DNA of 63,166 nucleotides, filler included, from Octopus bimaculoides (Eukaryota): the NCBI RefSeq assembly GCF_001194135.2. It is 5 parts of 4 records of this genome, joined end to end, with 100 filler letters (N's around TTAATTAATTAA, not from the genome) between each part and the next. Parts side by side here need not be neighbours in the genome. Positions count along the whole stretch, not along the records: positions 1 to 21,322 come from NC_069001.1; 4 more parts are not named here. One strand, 5' to 3'. Positions 1-13,399 of this stretch are shown here, piece after piece; the stretch's first letter is position 1, and each line of letters opens with the position of its first letter. The position numbers were made by a program, and so were the translations under genes. The notes beneath the pieces are model-generated. The model was not told where the DNA came from. It saw nothing but the letters and a program-made list of their open reading frames with translations, and did not search any database.

Positions 1-1187
1 TATATATATATATATATATATATCTGTTCCTCTTTTTCTATCTCTCTCTTTGCATTGTGCCAAATAAAAGAAAATTATCAATGACAACAATAATATGAAG
101 TGACAACAAGGAAACAAGACAAAGATAAAAAGAAAAAAACATACTACTATAGTGCTGCTGCTACTACTACTACTACTACCACTACCACTATTTGAAGTGA
201 TTTTTCCAAAGATAAAAGCAAAAACAAAATAGAAAAACAAAAACAAAAACAAAATACACTAAAGTGGATTGAGCCCTTAAGGGCAATGAAATGGGGCGCA
301 GAGCAGAGAATACTTATTAGAACTTGAAAAGGGTGGGAGAGAAGAGTGGTGATGATGATGATGACGATGGTAGTGGCAATGGCTAGAATGATGGCGGATG
401 AGGAAAAGTGAAGAAGTTTACAAAAAAAACATGGAGGTGTGGGGGCAGGAGGCAAGGGGGATAGAAACCGATTTTTCTCCAGTAGTTCTTATGAAACATT
501 TCAAGTAGAATTGAAATACTTTCCTTGCTATATGAAGACCACTTTCGTCTCCTTCTACCCCCTCACCTCCANNNNNNNNNNNNNNNNNNNNNNNNNNNNN
601 NNNNNNNNNNNNNNNNNNNNNNNNNNNNNNNNNNNNNNNNNNNNNNNNNNNNNNNNNNNNNNNNNNNNNNNNNNNNNNNNNNNNNNNNNNNNNNNNNNNN
701 NNNNNNNNNNNNNNNNNNNNNNNNNNNNNNNNNNNNNNNNNNNNNNNNNNNNNNNNNNNNNNNNNNNNNNNNNNNNNNNNNNNNNNNNNNNNNNNNNNNN
801 NNNNNNNNNNNNNNNNNNNNNNNNNNNNNNNNNNNNNNNNNNNNNNNNNNNNNNNNNNNNNNNNNNNNNNNNNNNNNNNNNNNNNNNNNNNNNNNNNNNN
901 NNNNNNNNNNNNNNNNNNNNNNNNNNNNNNNNNNNNNNNNNNNNNNNNNNNNNNNNNNNNNNNNNNNNNNNNNNNNNNNNNNNNNNNNNNNNNNNNNNNN
1001 NNNNNNNNNNNNNNNNNNNNNNNNNNNNNNNNNNNNNNNNNNNNNNNNNNNNNNNNNNNNNNNNNNNNNNNNNNNNNNNNNNNNNNNNNNNNNNNNNNNN
1101 NNNNNNNNNNNNNNNNNNNNNNNNNNNNNNNNNNNNNNNNNNNNNNNNNNNNNNNNNNNNNNNNNNNNNNNNNNNNNNNNNNNNNCG

Positions 1188-1279
1188 TCACCACCACCAT
1201 CATCACCACCACCATCATCACCACCACCATCATCACCACCACCATCATCACCACCACCATCATCACCACCACCATCACT
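1188..1279. repeat. 15-bp (CACCACCACCATCAT)n tandem repeat
   Basis: About 6 direct copies next to a gap; explains the poly-His and SPPPS ORFs. Confidence 0.95.
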
Positions 1280-1539
1280 CTCACCCACCGCTACCATCAG
1301 TCATCATTCTCATTTCAACTCTGCTTTCCATGCTGGTAGGAGTTGGATCGGTCATTACACTCCAAGGCAATTCTTATCTAATTCAGAGATACTATATTCC
1401 GAGAGGGGATGACAGGGGAATGAGACTCCAGGTGGTTTGCTGCGCTTGAAAAGACATGTCAAGCTAAGTACAAAGCATGGTTGCCCTTGCATACAGGCTC
1501 ATCCCCTGCAAACCCCTCCAGCTGAGCATCCCTAATATT

Positions 1540-1781
1540 GTGGGCTCGTAGGTGCTAGAGCCACGTAAAAAGCACTCATGCCGGTGTTGCATAAAAGCAC
1601 CCAGTACACTCTGTAAAGTGGTTGGCATTAGGAAAGGCATCCAGCCATAGAAACCATGCCAAAACAGACATGGAGCCTGAACAGCCCTTTAGCTGGTCAG
1701 CTTCTGTCAAACTGTCCAACCCATGCCAGCATGGAAAACAGACATTAAATGATGATGACAATGATGAAGATGATGATGATG
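1540..1781 (+). mobile_element. RTE-tail type SINE/LINE 3' end ending in (GAT)n
   Basis: Motifs ggcatccagcc..tagaaaccatgcc and ccaacccatgccagcatggaaaac..ttaaatgatgatg. Related copies at ~3329-3560(-), 7440-7605, 8975-9177, 13405-13570, 20612-20785(-), 21742-21825 and 23006-23112(-). Confidence 0.8.
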
Positions 1782-2731
1782 ATGGATTAACAGATCATGT
1801 CACACATATATTCCTCAGTTTTGGCTCAGTTTCTATGGCTGGATGCTCTTCTCTTCACCATAACATACTGGGGGTATTTTATCATGGCACCAGCACTAGA
1901 GGGGTTGTCATGTCCTCAACAAGATGCAAAGGCCAAACAAGCAAAATCACAAATCTTTACAGACAAATGGAAGGATACTTTGGAGAAGATGGATGTAGAT
2001 CACTTGTTTCCATCCGGAGTGCTGCATGTAGGTAAAGTGTGTGGGGAGGGAAGGGAGTCACAAGGATTCTGCAGAAGTTTATATCTTCTACATTGGAAAA
2101 GAATAAAATAATGTTGTGTAGCTTAACCCTTTAGCATTCAGATTATTCTATCGAATCTAATGCTTATTTAATCATGCAATCAATCATCCAATCAATCAAT
2201 CAGCAAAATTTCATTGTTTATTTTTAGAACGACATTGCAGGGTAGGTGTGAGAGACTGGATCTGGCCAGTTCGAACAGAAAATGGGTAGAATATTTGGGC
2301 CTGATATGGTAAGTTTAAATGTGAAAGGGTTATACCAATATGAAATCCACTAGGTTTTAATCAGGCAGAGGATATAGAAGATACTTGCTGAAGGTGTCAT
2401 GCAGTTAGACTGAACCTAAAACCAGACAGTAAAGGAGCAAGCTTCTTAACTACATACAGTCACCATCATTTGGTCATGTAGCCACAACAGCCTCATACAA
2501 TGTATCCAACCCACCTTCACTTTTAGTTTTAATATGAGATTTAGGAGGACGATTTGGCTGCTATTTCTTTCTCGCAGATTGAAGATTGAGTCACCGCCCC
2601 ACCCAGTTGTAGATGTTCCCCTTGTTTGGGGTGGCTCCAAATCAATAATTCAGGGTGGCATAATTGCGATCCGCCTTTGTAAGCAACAGCAGTAACGTAG
2701 AATTAATGTGAATTTAATTGGCTTGCGAAGT

Positions 2732-2760
2732 TCAGTTCAATTCCTCTGATAGGAACCCTA
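2732..2760 (-). CDS. Candidate terminal coding exon, (V)GFLSEELN*, with tandem TAGTAG acceptor
   Basis: Long T tract then TAG/TAG (exon start 2760 or 2757). Phase 1 matches the end of exon 3992-4126. TGA at 2732-2734. Short, so weak on its own. Confidence 0.35.
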
Positions 2761-3107
2761 CTACCACCAAGAAAAAAAAATTAAAAAATAAATAGAAAGC
2801 TCCTTTTTTTTTTTAAAGGGAAAAAAAAGGCCCTAAACTATAATTAACTAGCATTAAAGAAAGAAATCCTTGAGATTAAGAAAACAGATTACCTTTAGCT
2901 AATGTTAAAACTATGAACACCATCCAATTGCAGATTCCTTCTCCAACCTCACCACCCCCATCACTTCAATACATTTTAAGGTGTAAAATTACCATAATTA
3001 GTTAACTACAATGTCATCTCAAATATAATGGGACACCATTTTCTGTAAAATATTTCCTCTCAGTTTTTTTGTTTTTTTTATTTTTTAAAGTTATAAATTC
3101 TATCATA

Positions 3108-3273
3108 GCTGCAAGCATGGTCGTGTGGTTAGGCAGCACGTTTTGCAACCATGTGGTTTTCAAGATAAGTCCCAATGTGTGGCACCTTGGACATGCGTCT
3201 TTTACTACGGCCCTGACCAGATCAATAACTTGGGAGTGGATTTGGTAGACTGAAACTGTGTGGAAACCCATCA

Positions 3274-3275
<2 letters not shown>
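3108..3275 (+). mobile_element. tRNA-headed CORE-type SINE
   Basis: Head, ggcaccttgg(g)caagtgtctt core, gtggatttggtagac..aaactg tail, then (TG)n. Other copies at 7985-8150, 17352-17490, 37591-37694(-), 46370-46570(-) and 56170-56275. Confidence 0.8.
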
Positions 3276-3322
<47 letters not shown>

Positions 3323-3991
3323 CTACATCAATGTCATCCTCCTTTAACGTTCAGTTCCCATGCTGGTATGGGTTGGACGGTTTGACAAGAGCTGGCAATC
3401 AGGAGAGTTGCACCAGATTCCAGTCAGATTTGGCTTGGTATCTGCAGCTGAATGCCCTTCCTAATGCCAACCACTTTACAGAGTGTGCTGGGTGCTTTTA
3501 ACATGGCACCGACCCAAGCTCTTTTACATGGCACCAGCACGAGGGCTTTATATGTGGTACCACCACAGGACTCTTGCACTACAAGCCAATCCTCTTTACC
3601 AGAGGGAGTGACCTTGACACTTATGCTGTGGCAAAAGGGTCTTCTTGAGTACAGCAAGGCATCAGGTATATCAGTCGTATGTGTGTGTCTCTGGCCCCAC
3701 CCTCCACCACATGACTACTGGTATTGGTTTGTTCACATCCCCTTAACTTAGCACTTCAGTAAAAGAGACTAACAGAATAAGTACCAGACTTTAAAAAAAA
3801 AAAATTAAATAAGCACTGGTTACAATGTGTTCAGCTAAAACTCTTGAAAGTGATAGCCCCAGCATGGCCACAGTTCAATGACAGAATCAAGCAAAAGATA
3901 ATGCTAAGTGCTAATTCTGACCCTGATATTGTGTATCAGATTCTTCACACAGGGGGCTTCTTTTTTTTTCATTTTCTCTCCCTGATCTTAC

Positions 3992-4126
3992 CCTGTTTTA
4001 CAAGGGGGATACAGGAAAGTTCCTGCCCTTTAGGGTCTAGTGAAATGCTTGGTTGGAGGCCCAACCTTCTGAGTTCTTTTACAGATCTTAGAAAACCTGA
4101 AGGACTGCTGCAGTAACTGCGTGAAT
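3992..4126 (-). CDS. Internal coding exon of unidentified host gene: (x)SRSYCSSPSGFLRSVKELRRLGLQPSISLDPKGQELSCIPLVKQ(G)
   Basis: Acceptor ttttcctcccAG, donor G|GTAAGA, 135 nt (45 codons), symmetric phase 1/1, open frame, unique GC-richer sequence. Confidence 0.65.
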
Positions 4127-4533
4127 CTGGGAGGAAAATCATGATTAATCGGTGGAAATTACATAATTCCCAACGTAAGTTACTATGAGAAAAACAATAT
4201 TCATTTCTCATCCTGAACGTCACACAATCGCATTTTCTTCCAAGTATACATTTGTGACTGTGAAACTAAGCAAATGACAAAAACAAAAAAAAAACAAAAA
4301 AAAGAAGACAGAAGGAAAAGAAAATTGTAATACTTCTTTTTCCACTAAGAAATAAACATCACATAATTTTATTCACAGCTATCACTGCTGCTGCCGCCAC
4401 TATTATCGTCACCACTAACTTGCCTCCTGGTAAATCTGAAGAATTGTGTTTGGTGCCCACAAATCACCATTTCTTAATCTCTTAAGACACAGGGTAGGTG
4501 GACAGGTAGGTCGGTGAGTAGGTGAATTGAATA

Positions 4534-4589
<56 letters not shown>

Positions 4590-4705
4590 NNNNNNNNNNN
4601 NNNNNNNNNNNNNNNNNNNNNNNNNNNNNNNNNNNNNNNNNNNNNNNNNNNNNNNNNNNNNNNNNNNNNNNNNNNNNNNNNNNNNNNNNNNNNNNNNNNN
4701 NNNNN

Positions 4706-4741
<36 letters not shown>

Positions 4742-5559
4742 CAATGCCCCAGCATGGCCACAGCCTTAGGGCTGAAACAATATGTAATAGAAAATATATA
4801 TATATATAATAGACAAACAGATGGCTAACTTGTGAGATGAATAGACAAACACATGGTTGGTTTGATAGAGAGAGAAAGAGAGAGAAGCACAAAGACAGGC
4901 GGATGGATAGAAACATGGATGGACAAACAAATAAACAGATAAATAAGACATTTCCTTTATATTCTCCATAACAGACAAACTGGTAAACAATGCTTTTAGC
5001 AAAATGCATTTCCAAGTTGTTATGGTATCTCCAGTTATGGGTTTTTAACTGTGGTGGTCACCACACAACAGGATTTTGTTTACAACTACAGTTACGAGCA
5101 ATGAATAGCAGGAAGTAGCTCCAAAATAGGAAGTGGGGGATGTTGGGGAGGGGACAAGGTATGCAGATGTGTCTTGCGGTGGTGGTGACGGTGGTGATGG
5201 TAGTGGTGGTGGAGAATTATTTAGAAGTATGCCCGTCACATGACATCAGGTGATCTCAAGCCTGGTTACCAAACTGTTTATAAAAATGCGAGGAAACATA
5301 ATGAAGTTTCTATTTTTTAAACATCGAAAACATTCCCCGCCCCCAATCTTCTTTCTACAACTCCTCCTCCTCTCCCTGCCTCAGTCTCCTCCCACCCCAC
5401 ACCAATATCTTAGATGCTAAGCAAAGATTTAACCCTTTACTGTTCAAATTACTCTGCCATGTGTAAAGCTTATTTATTCATATTGTTTGGAATTAATCAT
5501 GTCTCATAGCTTTGAGATTTGGGCGATGCTACTGTCTGTGGAGGCACAATGGCCCAGTG

Positions 5560-5735
5560 GTTAGGGCAGTGGACTCGCGGTCGTACGATGGCGATTTCGA
5601 TTCCCAGACGGGGCGTTGTGAGTATTTATTGAGCGGAAACACCTAAAGCTCCACGAGGCTCCAGCAGGGAAATTGTGGCGAACCCTGCTGTACTCTTTCA
5701 CCACAACTTTCTCTCACTCTTACTTCCTGTTTCTA
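5560..5735 (+). mobile_element. tRNA-derived SINE
   Basis: A box tggcccagtggttag and B-box-like ttcgattcc, followed by a non-tRNA body. Confidence 0.7.
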
Positions 5736-6071
5736 GATTTTCCAACAAAAATATTCCTATGCACCAGTAGTTTTGAGCTTTCTGTGTGAAATGCACCTTG
5801 AATTTTAAATCTTTCTTTGCAAAATATGGCAGTAATTAGCTTTCAATGTGAAGTGCATCAGTAATTTTTTTATTTGCATTCCAATGCAGTACACCATAAA
5901 GTCCAAAAAGGTGAGAATCACTGTTCTATACAGTTACTTGATCTGTTAGAATTAACAACCAAATCTTCCTCAAATCACACATCATTTTATAATGGCTTCA
6001 AATTTTAGCAGAAAGCTAACAATTTTAAGGGAAGATGTAAAGTCAATTACATCAATCCCTGTGCTCAACTG

Positions 6072-6451
6072 GCACAGGAGCCAATCAGGGGGCACTGGCA
6101 TCGACCACATTCGGATGGTGCTTTTTTAGGTGCCACCAGCAAAGAAGCTAGTCAGGGCGCACTGGCATCGACCATATTTGGATGGTGCTATTCAAATGCC
6201 ACCAACACGGGAACCAGTCAGGGGGCACTGGCATTGACCACATTCGTATGGTGCTTTTTTAGGTGCCACCAGCACAGGAGCTACTCAGAGGGACTGGCAT
6301 CGACCATATTTGGATGGTGCTATTTAAATGCCACCAGCACAGGAGCCAGTCAGGAGGCACTGGCATCAACCATATTCAGATGGTGCTATTTACGTGCCAC
6401 CAAACACGGGAGCCAGTCAGGGGGCATTGGCATCGACTACATTCAGATGGT
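6072..6451 (+). repeat. ~66-bp minisatellite, ~5.7 units, with A/B alternation
   Basis: Units start near 6072, 6139, 6205, 6272, 6337 and 6404. Consensus gcacaggagccagtcaggggcactggcatcgaccatattcggatggtgct..tgccacca. Confidence 0.95.
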
Positions 6452-6804
6452 ATGTCTATAGTTGAACTTACCTGATGTTGTTGTTCCAGACGATCAAGCT
6501 GCATTAAGTAGGAGTTACCTGGAAAAGAAAAAAAGAAAAATGGGGAATAAATAATGAACTTGTATTTTCTGAGAGAAAAAGAAGATACATTTAGAAAGCA
6601 AACAGGATTCTATTCTTGTTCCATGACTGAATAATTATTGGAAGAGAAAGGAGGATTTATCCATCCAGCTGTGAAGATGTTTTGTTTCAATCACTATAAA
6701 GTACCATACATGAAGGAATGGAAACAGAGGAATACAGCAGCTGTATAGAACACAATCTAGCATAGAACACACAGTTACATAATCTGACACCTAATACTCT
6801 ATAA

Positions 6805-6970
6805 CAGTGATTCCTAACCTGTGGTCCATGGACCCCTGGTGGTCAACTAAGGTAGTACTAGGGGTCTGTGAATATGTTAAGCTGACAGACCTTTCAATAT
6901 CCTGGTATTCATGGGAAAACTCATTTCAATAAAAGGGGGTCCTTGGTAGTGAAAAGGTTGGGAACCATTG
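6805..6970. mobile_element. hAT (Charlie-like) MITE
   Basis: Imperfect 16-bp TIRs cagtgattcctaacct / aggttgggaaccattg and a perfect 8-bp TSD ctctataa at 6797-6804 and 6971-6978. Confidence 0.9.
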
Positions 6971-6984
6971 CTCTATAAGATGTG

Positions 6985-7240
6985 AAGGCACATGGCTCAG
7001 TGGTTAGAGCATTAGGTTCATAATCATGAGGTAGCGAGTTCGATTCCTGGATCATGTTGTGTGTTGCATTCTTGAACAAGAGATTTTATTTCACGTTGTT
7101 TCAGTTCACTCAGCTGTAGAAATGAATTGCGACGTCACAGGTGTCAAGGTGTATCAGACTTCGGTCTTTCCTTTGGATAACATCAGTGGTGTAGAGGGGG
7201 GGGGGAAGGCTGGTATGCATGGGTGACTGCTGGTCTTCCA
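6985..7240 (+). mobile_element. tRNA-derived SINE (second family)
   Basis: tggctcagtggttagagc..gttcgattcc head and ttgaacaagagattttatttcacgttg core. Related copies at 11400-11712(-) and 39800-40088(-). Confidence 0.75.
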
Positions 7241-9265
7241 TAAACACCCTTGCCTGGCATCCTCTACTGCAAGACACCTGTTCCTAACCCTCTGCCATAC
7301 TTTTGACCTCAACACCTGGCACAATTCCCTTGCTTCAATACTAACCGGCCCATCCCACACACACAGGTACCTCAGTCAAGGGATCTTGTCTTATGAGGTA
7401 CTTGGCAATCTCACTAATACTAGTGACATGAACACCCTGTACACCCTGTAAAGTGGTTAGTATTAGGAAGGGCATCCAGTTGTAGAAACTGTGCCCAAAC
7501 AGACATTAGGGCTTGACGCAGTTCTCTGACTTGTCAGATCCTGTCGTTATACAATGTCCAACCCATGCCAGCAGGAAATCCAGATGCGAAATGATGCTGA
7601 AGATGGCAACAATGTTCACATTTAAATATCCTTTTGTAATTTTGTGTAAAGACATTTGTTAAGGTCTGTTCTGAAACAACAGTTTAATAACAAACAGGAA
7701 TGTCTTAATAAACCCATACAAATTCAGGATTATTTTAAAACTTAATTCAAACAACCGCAGAGTGAATTGCATTAAAAATACAATCACTAACTGGTTAATT
7801 ATCATTGGAACAACAGCGAACGAATACAAAGTTGAACAGAAGAGAGCTAAAATGATAACGAATTACACCAACTTAGCTGCTCACTTCAGGATTATGTCCC
7901 TCATCCATTTATAAACAACACAATTAGATTACTACACAATCATTTCTGTTAAGACATTGATAGATTACCTGTAAGAATAGATATAGGTACAGGCATGGCA
8001 GTGTGATAACAGGCCTGCTTCCCAACCATACGATTCCAAGCTCAGTCCCACTTTGTGGCACCATGAGTATGTGTCTTTTACTATAGCTTCAGGCTGACCA
8101 AAGCCTTGTGAGTGGATTTTGTAGACAGAAACTGAAAGCCTGTCATGCATGTATATATATATATATATNNNNNNNNNNNNNNNNNNNNNNNNNNNNNNNN
8201 NNNNNNNNNNNNNNNNNNNNNNNNNNNNNNNNNNNNNNNNNNNNNNNNNNNNNNNNNNNNNNNNNNNNNNNNNNNNNNNNNNNNNNNNNNNNNNNNNNNN
8301 NNNNNNNNNNNNNNNNNNNNNNNNNNNNNNNNNNNNNNNNNNNNNNNNNNNNNNNNNNNNNNNNNNNAAAAAATATATCACAAAAACCTTATTCAAAAAA
8401 ATCAATAAAATACAAAAAGAATAACTAGTAAATGGTATGAAATGACTACGCACGTTTCGTGGCTATATTTTCAAATAGATAACTACTAAAACCAATTCAA
8501 TTAATAATTCTATTAATAATCAAATCGATCTACAGTTAAATCTATTCAAAAATATAGTCACCCGTCAGGTCTAAAATAAAAATAATAAAAAAAATCAATG
8601 TATGTATTATACCTACACTATATGTACGCATGTATTTTTATATACATTTATATTTTTTATATATATTTATATTTTGTAAATCTTTAATTTTAATTTAATT
8701 ATAATTCAAAATATTACTGTCATATTAAACATATATCTTTCGTAAATTTGAATATTGATTTCCTGAGAATATTATTAATAATTTTATTAATCTTATTAAT
8801 AATATAAAAACATATAGATATATATATATATATATATATATACCGAAAAATTAGAAATAGCAGCCAAAACTACTATTTCTCTACTAAAATACGACTCCCT
8901 TGCTGAACCCTAAATTTTAAATTGTGTTTATATATTTACCGATAATGGTTTTTAACATAAGTAAAAGACACATCTGTGCTGGTGCTGTGTAAAAGGACCC
9001 AGTACACTCTGTAAATTGGTTGGTGTTAGGGAAGGGCAGCATCCAGCTGTAGAAACCATGCCAAAACAGACATGGCCCCTGAACAGCCATTCAGCTGGTC
9101 AGCTCCTGTCAAACCGTCCAACCCATGCCAGCATGGAAAATGGATATATGATGATGATGATGATGATGATGACAATGATGAAAGGGTTTCTGTTGACGTT
9201 GCTTCAATTTTCACATCCTAATTTGGATAGAACTTTTAGCTTTTTGTTTTTTAACCTTGAACATT

Positions 9266-9372
9266 TTATTTTAAGCTCTTGTTGTGATTGCACAATGGGT
9301 GCACAAGGCTGTCACTGTTGTAGTTGTTGCTGGGGTAACATAATACAGGGGTCACACAAGCATCAAATGATA
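9266..9372 (-). CDS. Candidate alternative terminal exon (x)SFDACVTPVLCYPSNNYNSDSLVHPLCNHNKSLK*
   Basis: T tract plus AAG acceptor. The phase-1 frame is open for 34 codons while the other two close early. The stop overlaps AATAAA. Confidence 0.35.
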
Positions 9373-9579
9373 CTTTAAAAAAAAATAAACATTATATTTG
9401 AAAGGAATGACAGTGAAAAATGTAACAATAACCAACATCTTTCAAATACACAAACACACACACACACACACACATGTACACACATACATCCCCCCACACA
9501 CACACATATATATATATATATATACATCCACACACACATATATATACACATACATTCACACACAAACACACACACACAT

Positions 9580-9664
<85 letters not shown>

Positions 9665-10964
9665 AATATATATATAATACACACACACACACATACTCAC
9701 ATATATACATATACATTCACACACACACATCACATATATATACACATACATCCCTCCTCCCCCCCACACACACACACATATATACACAAATATATATATA
9801 TACAATGCACACACACACATACTCACATATATACATATACAGAAATGTGCATACACACACATATATATACATATACATTAATATAAATAGTGTACATATA
9901 AACCCACACAGGTATGCATACACATATATACATACACATGCACATGCACAAAGCCGTGTAAGTTTAAAACGTTCCCACAATACTTGTCAAAATTTTTGGT
10001 GTGACATAATGGAGTAGTGAGGCATAAAAAAACACACAAAACCAATATTTGGGGGAAATATTTAACTTCAGATTCCATAGAAGCTACAAAGAATAAGAAA
10101 GAATAATGGAATAACAGAATATAAGGAGAACAGAATACAACAAACATAATGTATGATGAACTCTGAACCCGAATGATGATCAGATTCTGACTGTGTAAAC
10201 AACTTGGAACAATGGATTAATAATAATACTAGAAAGCGTTAGAGAATAGGGAATGTAGAGCTGGTTTCTAACACAATTATTTTATAATTCAATTCAACAT
10301 ACATGAGAGGGATGGGTGTATAGATCCAAATAAATGGTATATATGCGTTCAGTAGGAGATGCAGAATCAAAATAAGTGTGTTTTGTGGATGTGTGTTTAA
10401 AAATGTTTTCGCTCTTTTTTATTTTATTTTATTTATTTTTTTTTGCTAAACTGATAAAACAGACAAACAGACAGACATTCACAAATGTGTATTAAAATCG
10501 ACTTCCTCTCCTCTCTCATATATTCNNNNNNNNNNNNNNNNNNNNNNNNNNNNNNNNNNNNNNNNNNNNNNNNNNNNNNNNNNNNNNNNNNNNNNNNNNN
10601 NNNNNNNNNNNNNNNNNNNNNNNNNNNNNNNNNNNNNNNNNNNNNNNNNNNNNNNNNNNNNNNNNNNNNNNNNNNNNNNNNNNNNNNNNNNNNNNNNNNN
10701 NNNNNNNNNNNNNNNNNNNNNNNNNNNNNNNNNNNNNNNNNNNNNNNNNNNNNNNNNNNNNNNNNNNNNNNNNNNNNNNNNNNNNNNNNNNNNNNNNNNN
10801 NNNNNNNNNNNNNNNNNNNNNNNNNNNNNNNNNNNNNNNNNNNNNNNNNNNNNNNNNNNNNNNNNNNNNNNNNNNNNNNNNNNNNNNNNNNNNNNNNNNN
10901 NNNNNNNNNNNNNNNNNNNNNNNNNNNNNNNNNNNNNNNNNNNNNNNNNNNNNNNNNNNNNNNN

Positions 10965-11392
10965 GGAGTGGCTGTGTGGTAAGTAGCTTGCTTACCAACC
11001 ACATGATTCCAGGTACAGTCCCACTGCATGGCACCTTAGGCAAGTGTCTTCTACTATAGCCTCGGGCTGACCAAAGCTTTGTGAGTGGATTTGGTAGACG
11101 GAAACTGAAAGAAGCCCGTTGTATATATGTATATATATATATATGTATGTGTGGTATATATATATGTATGTGTGTGTATATGTGTGTGTGTCTGTGTTTG
11201 TCCCCACTACCATCGCATGATAACCGATGCTAGTGTGTTTACGTCCCCCGTAACTTAGCGGTTCGGCAAAAGAGACCCATAGAATAAGTTCTAGTCTTAC
11301 TAACAATAAGTCCTGGAGTTGATTTGCTCAACTAAAAACGGGTGCTCCAGCATGGCCGCAGTCAAATGACTGAAACAAGTAAAAGAGTATAT
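10965..11392 (+). mobile_element. CORE-type SINE with microsatellite middle and conserved 3' tail
   Basis: ggagtggctgtgtggtaagtagcttgcttaccaaccac head; tail tttacgtccccgtaacttagcggttcggcaaaagagacc also seen at 58565-58771. Confidence 0.85.
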
Positions 11393-12298
11393 GTAACTGG
11401 TACCCTGTCGCTTACAACGATGAGGGTTCCAGTTGATCTGATAAGTGGAACAACTGGCTCGTGAGTAACACGCAAGTGGTGGAGCGCTCCAGAGACACAC
11501 GTACCCCTTCAGATACTTCTCAGGGAGATTCAGCGTGACACAGAGTGTGACAAGGCTGGTCCTTTTGAAATACAGGTACAAACTCATTTTTACTTGGTGA
11601 ATGGAGTACACCAACATGAAATTAAGTGTCTTGCTGAAGTGCACAATGCACCACTGGTTATTGAACTCACAGTTTTACAATTTCGAACCGAACACCCAAC
11701 CCACTGAGCCACACACCATACATATGTATGTAAATATGTATATTCGAGTATAATTGCAAACATTATTCACATCTGGTTACTTTGAATAAACATCAAAAGG
11801 ACATTTTTTTTCCTCCCCTCTGTTTTATTTTCTTTTTGTTTCCTTGCTTTTTTTTTTGTTTTTTGTCAAGAATATCTCAAGTGACAAGTAAGAAAACAAC
11901 AACAACATTCAACTAGAATCACCACCACTGCCAATGACGATGCCGCCGCTTCCACCAATGATGACGATAAAAGATGTTGATTGAATGAATGCATAGAAAG
12001 AAATCTGCAATTCAAACACCCGCTGTTTTAGTATTCCCAATGTTATCATCAAACCAGAAGAACAAAAAAAACAAAAAAAAAAACAAAAAAAGGAAAAAAA
12101 AATTACATAATCTATGGGTAGTTTGATATAATTTACAATTTGTGATTGGTTCGTTGGTTGATCTGTCGGCTGGTTCGTTGGTTTAGTTTCTTTCGATATT
12201 TTTTTTGTAGTTTATGTGTACATAATTTATATACCTATATTGTATATATTTTTTGTCACTAAAATAACAAAATTTCTAAAGTTTTTATTTTTCCACTT

Positions 12299-12359
<61 letters not shown>

Positions 12360-12674
12360 TACAATCATTCCACTTAAAATCAAATGTCTAAATGTCTACT
12401 TATGTACGCATGTATAAATAATATATTATTATTATTATTATTATTATTATTATGATTATTATTATTATTAGTATTATTATTATTTTAACCATCAATATGT
12501 TGGTGTACTTTTGTTTGTTTTTTTTGCATCATACTTATGAAAAAGGGTTTTTGAAATGAATAGAGTTCGTATATGTAGTTGTGTTTTTTTTAAATATCAA
12601 TATAAATGTTTACAGCAAACTGAAAATAACATATATATGCATTAACTATGTGTGTGTGTGTATGCAAATGCATT

Positions 12675-12743
<69 letters not shown>

Positions 12744-12973
12744 CATCATCATCTATATAAATATATATATATATATAATATATATATATATACACACACA
12801 CACATACATGCACATATATGCCCACATGATGTGTGTATGGTATTTATACTAATATCAAACAATATATATTTGTATATGTTATGTTTATACAAACAACATG
12901 TATGTGTACACAAACAGACATGTATTATACACATGCATGTATGTATATATATATATATGTATATATATATGTG

Positions 12974-13028
<55 letters not shown>

Positions 13029-13358
13029 GCACAAAGTGGTCAAAAACACCTTACAAATTGTTATATTCAAACATTATGTTTAAGTGTCTATACAAATGTG
13101 TGTATTTGTGTATGCTAATATGTTTCTTCATGTATGTTTGTATGTATGTCAGTATGTATGGATGTAAGCATGCATTTATATATGCAAATACGCTTATGTG
13201 CATGTGTCTATGTAGATGTATGTGTGTGTGTGTGTGTGTTTCTGTGTTTATGTATATGTAAGTAAGTAAATATATTTGTGTGTGTATATATATATATATA
13301 TAATGTTTAAATGCTGCTATACGTATTATATCGTCTGTGCCTCTGTTTGTGTGTGTGT

Positions 13359-13399
<41 letters not shown>

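Noticed and set aside
418-1449. Long ORFs such as 439..1449 and 418..1284, and all other X-rich ORFs
   Set aside because: They are open only because they span N runs and simple repeats.
2578-2678. Plus-strand exon candidate LKIESPPHPVVDVPLVWGGSKSIIQGGIIAIRL
   Set aside because: The acceptor borrows its pyrimidines from a recurrent gatttggctgctatttct repeat motif, the donor T|GTAAGC is modest, and no partner plus-strand exons were found.
6072-6451. CRISPR-like array
   Set aside because: Contiguous tandem units with no unique spacers, no cas genes, and a eukaryotic context.
8368-8830. Very AT-rich block considered as a mitochondrial insertion
   Set aside because: The reverse-strand frames I checked close early even with TGA read as Trp, and no tRNA or rRNA motif was recognised.
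9375-10017. His/Thr/Tyr/Ile- and Cys/Val-rich ORFs (also 12648-13261, 16691-16959, 40700-41053, 47191-47767)
   Set aside because: Translations of (CA)n and (TA)n microsatellites.
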